A stretch of DNA of 64,000 nt from Neoechinorhynchus agilis (lineage: Eukaryota > Animalia > Acanthocephala), in NCBI GenBank assembly GCA_051530055.1, contig CM121341.1:12316784-12380783 (forward strand), in the 5' to 3' direction. Numbering within the stretch: position 1 is the stretch's first letter; each line of letters starts with the position of its first letter. The translations under genes were made by a program, and so were the position numbers. The notes beneath the pieces were generated by a model. It worked only from the letters and a program-made list of their open reading frames with translations, had not been told where the DNA came from and did not search any database. Of the stretch, positions 63,663-64,000 are shown piece by piece.

Positions 63663-64000
63663 TTTTATATCTGAAAATATTTTTTAGATCTAATAAATGA
63701 TTTAACGTGTAAAAACACAAAGACGCATCCTTCCAAGTAAAAGCATCATTAATTAGCACTTTTTCTATGAGCCTATCTTGGATTATGATTGGCTACAACG
63801 GTTGCATGGTGCAGGTGGGCACATTTATATTAAGAGGCGCTTTTATCTTCTCCAACCCCATTCCATGCTACAATCATTTGATAATTTATATTCTTGAATT
63901 GCTTTAAGCTAATTTCAAGTTATATAGGTACTATTTTCCCTTTTTAACAATAAAATTAGCGGATTTATGTGTACATCAACTTTGTCGATCAAAATAAATT

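Overview
Eukaryotic (animal, most likely invertebrate) genomic DNA, AT-rich, compact, with mostly ~35-65 nt GT-AG introns; the species cannot be determined from the sequence. Recognisable genes: SLC7 amino-acid transporter, GCN2/EIF2AK4, intronless DNAJA, BCL11-type zinc-finger TF, a BED-like finger protein, DNMBP/Tuba-like RhoGEF, a secreted degenerate peptidase-M15-like protein, a PKA-catalytic-like pseudokinase, an SLC10 symporter and several orphan ORFs. Repeats include CRE-clade, CR1/L2-like and Penelope-like retroelement remnants, a pogo/Tigger remnant, a decayed 18S rRNA fragment, a ~2 kb tandem duplication carrying a secreted orphan gene, and many foldback/MITE-like elements. Most notable: three otherwise intact genes (SLC7, DNMBP, PKA-like) are each interrupted inside a conserved motif by a 45-61 nt stem-loop that no GT/GC-AG boundaries remove while restoring the motif. 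These are candidate structure-defined non-canonical introns; assembly error or inactivating insertion remain possible until RNA data are checked. All alignments and folds were done by eye.
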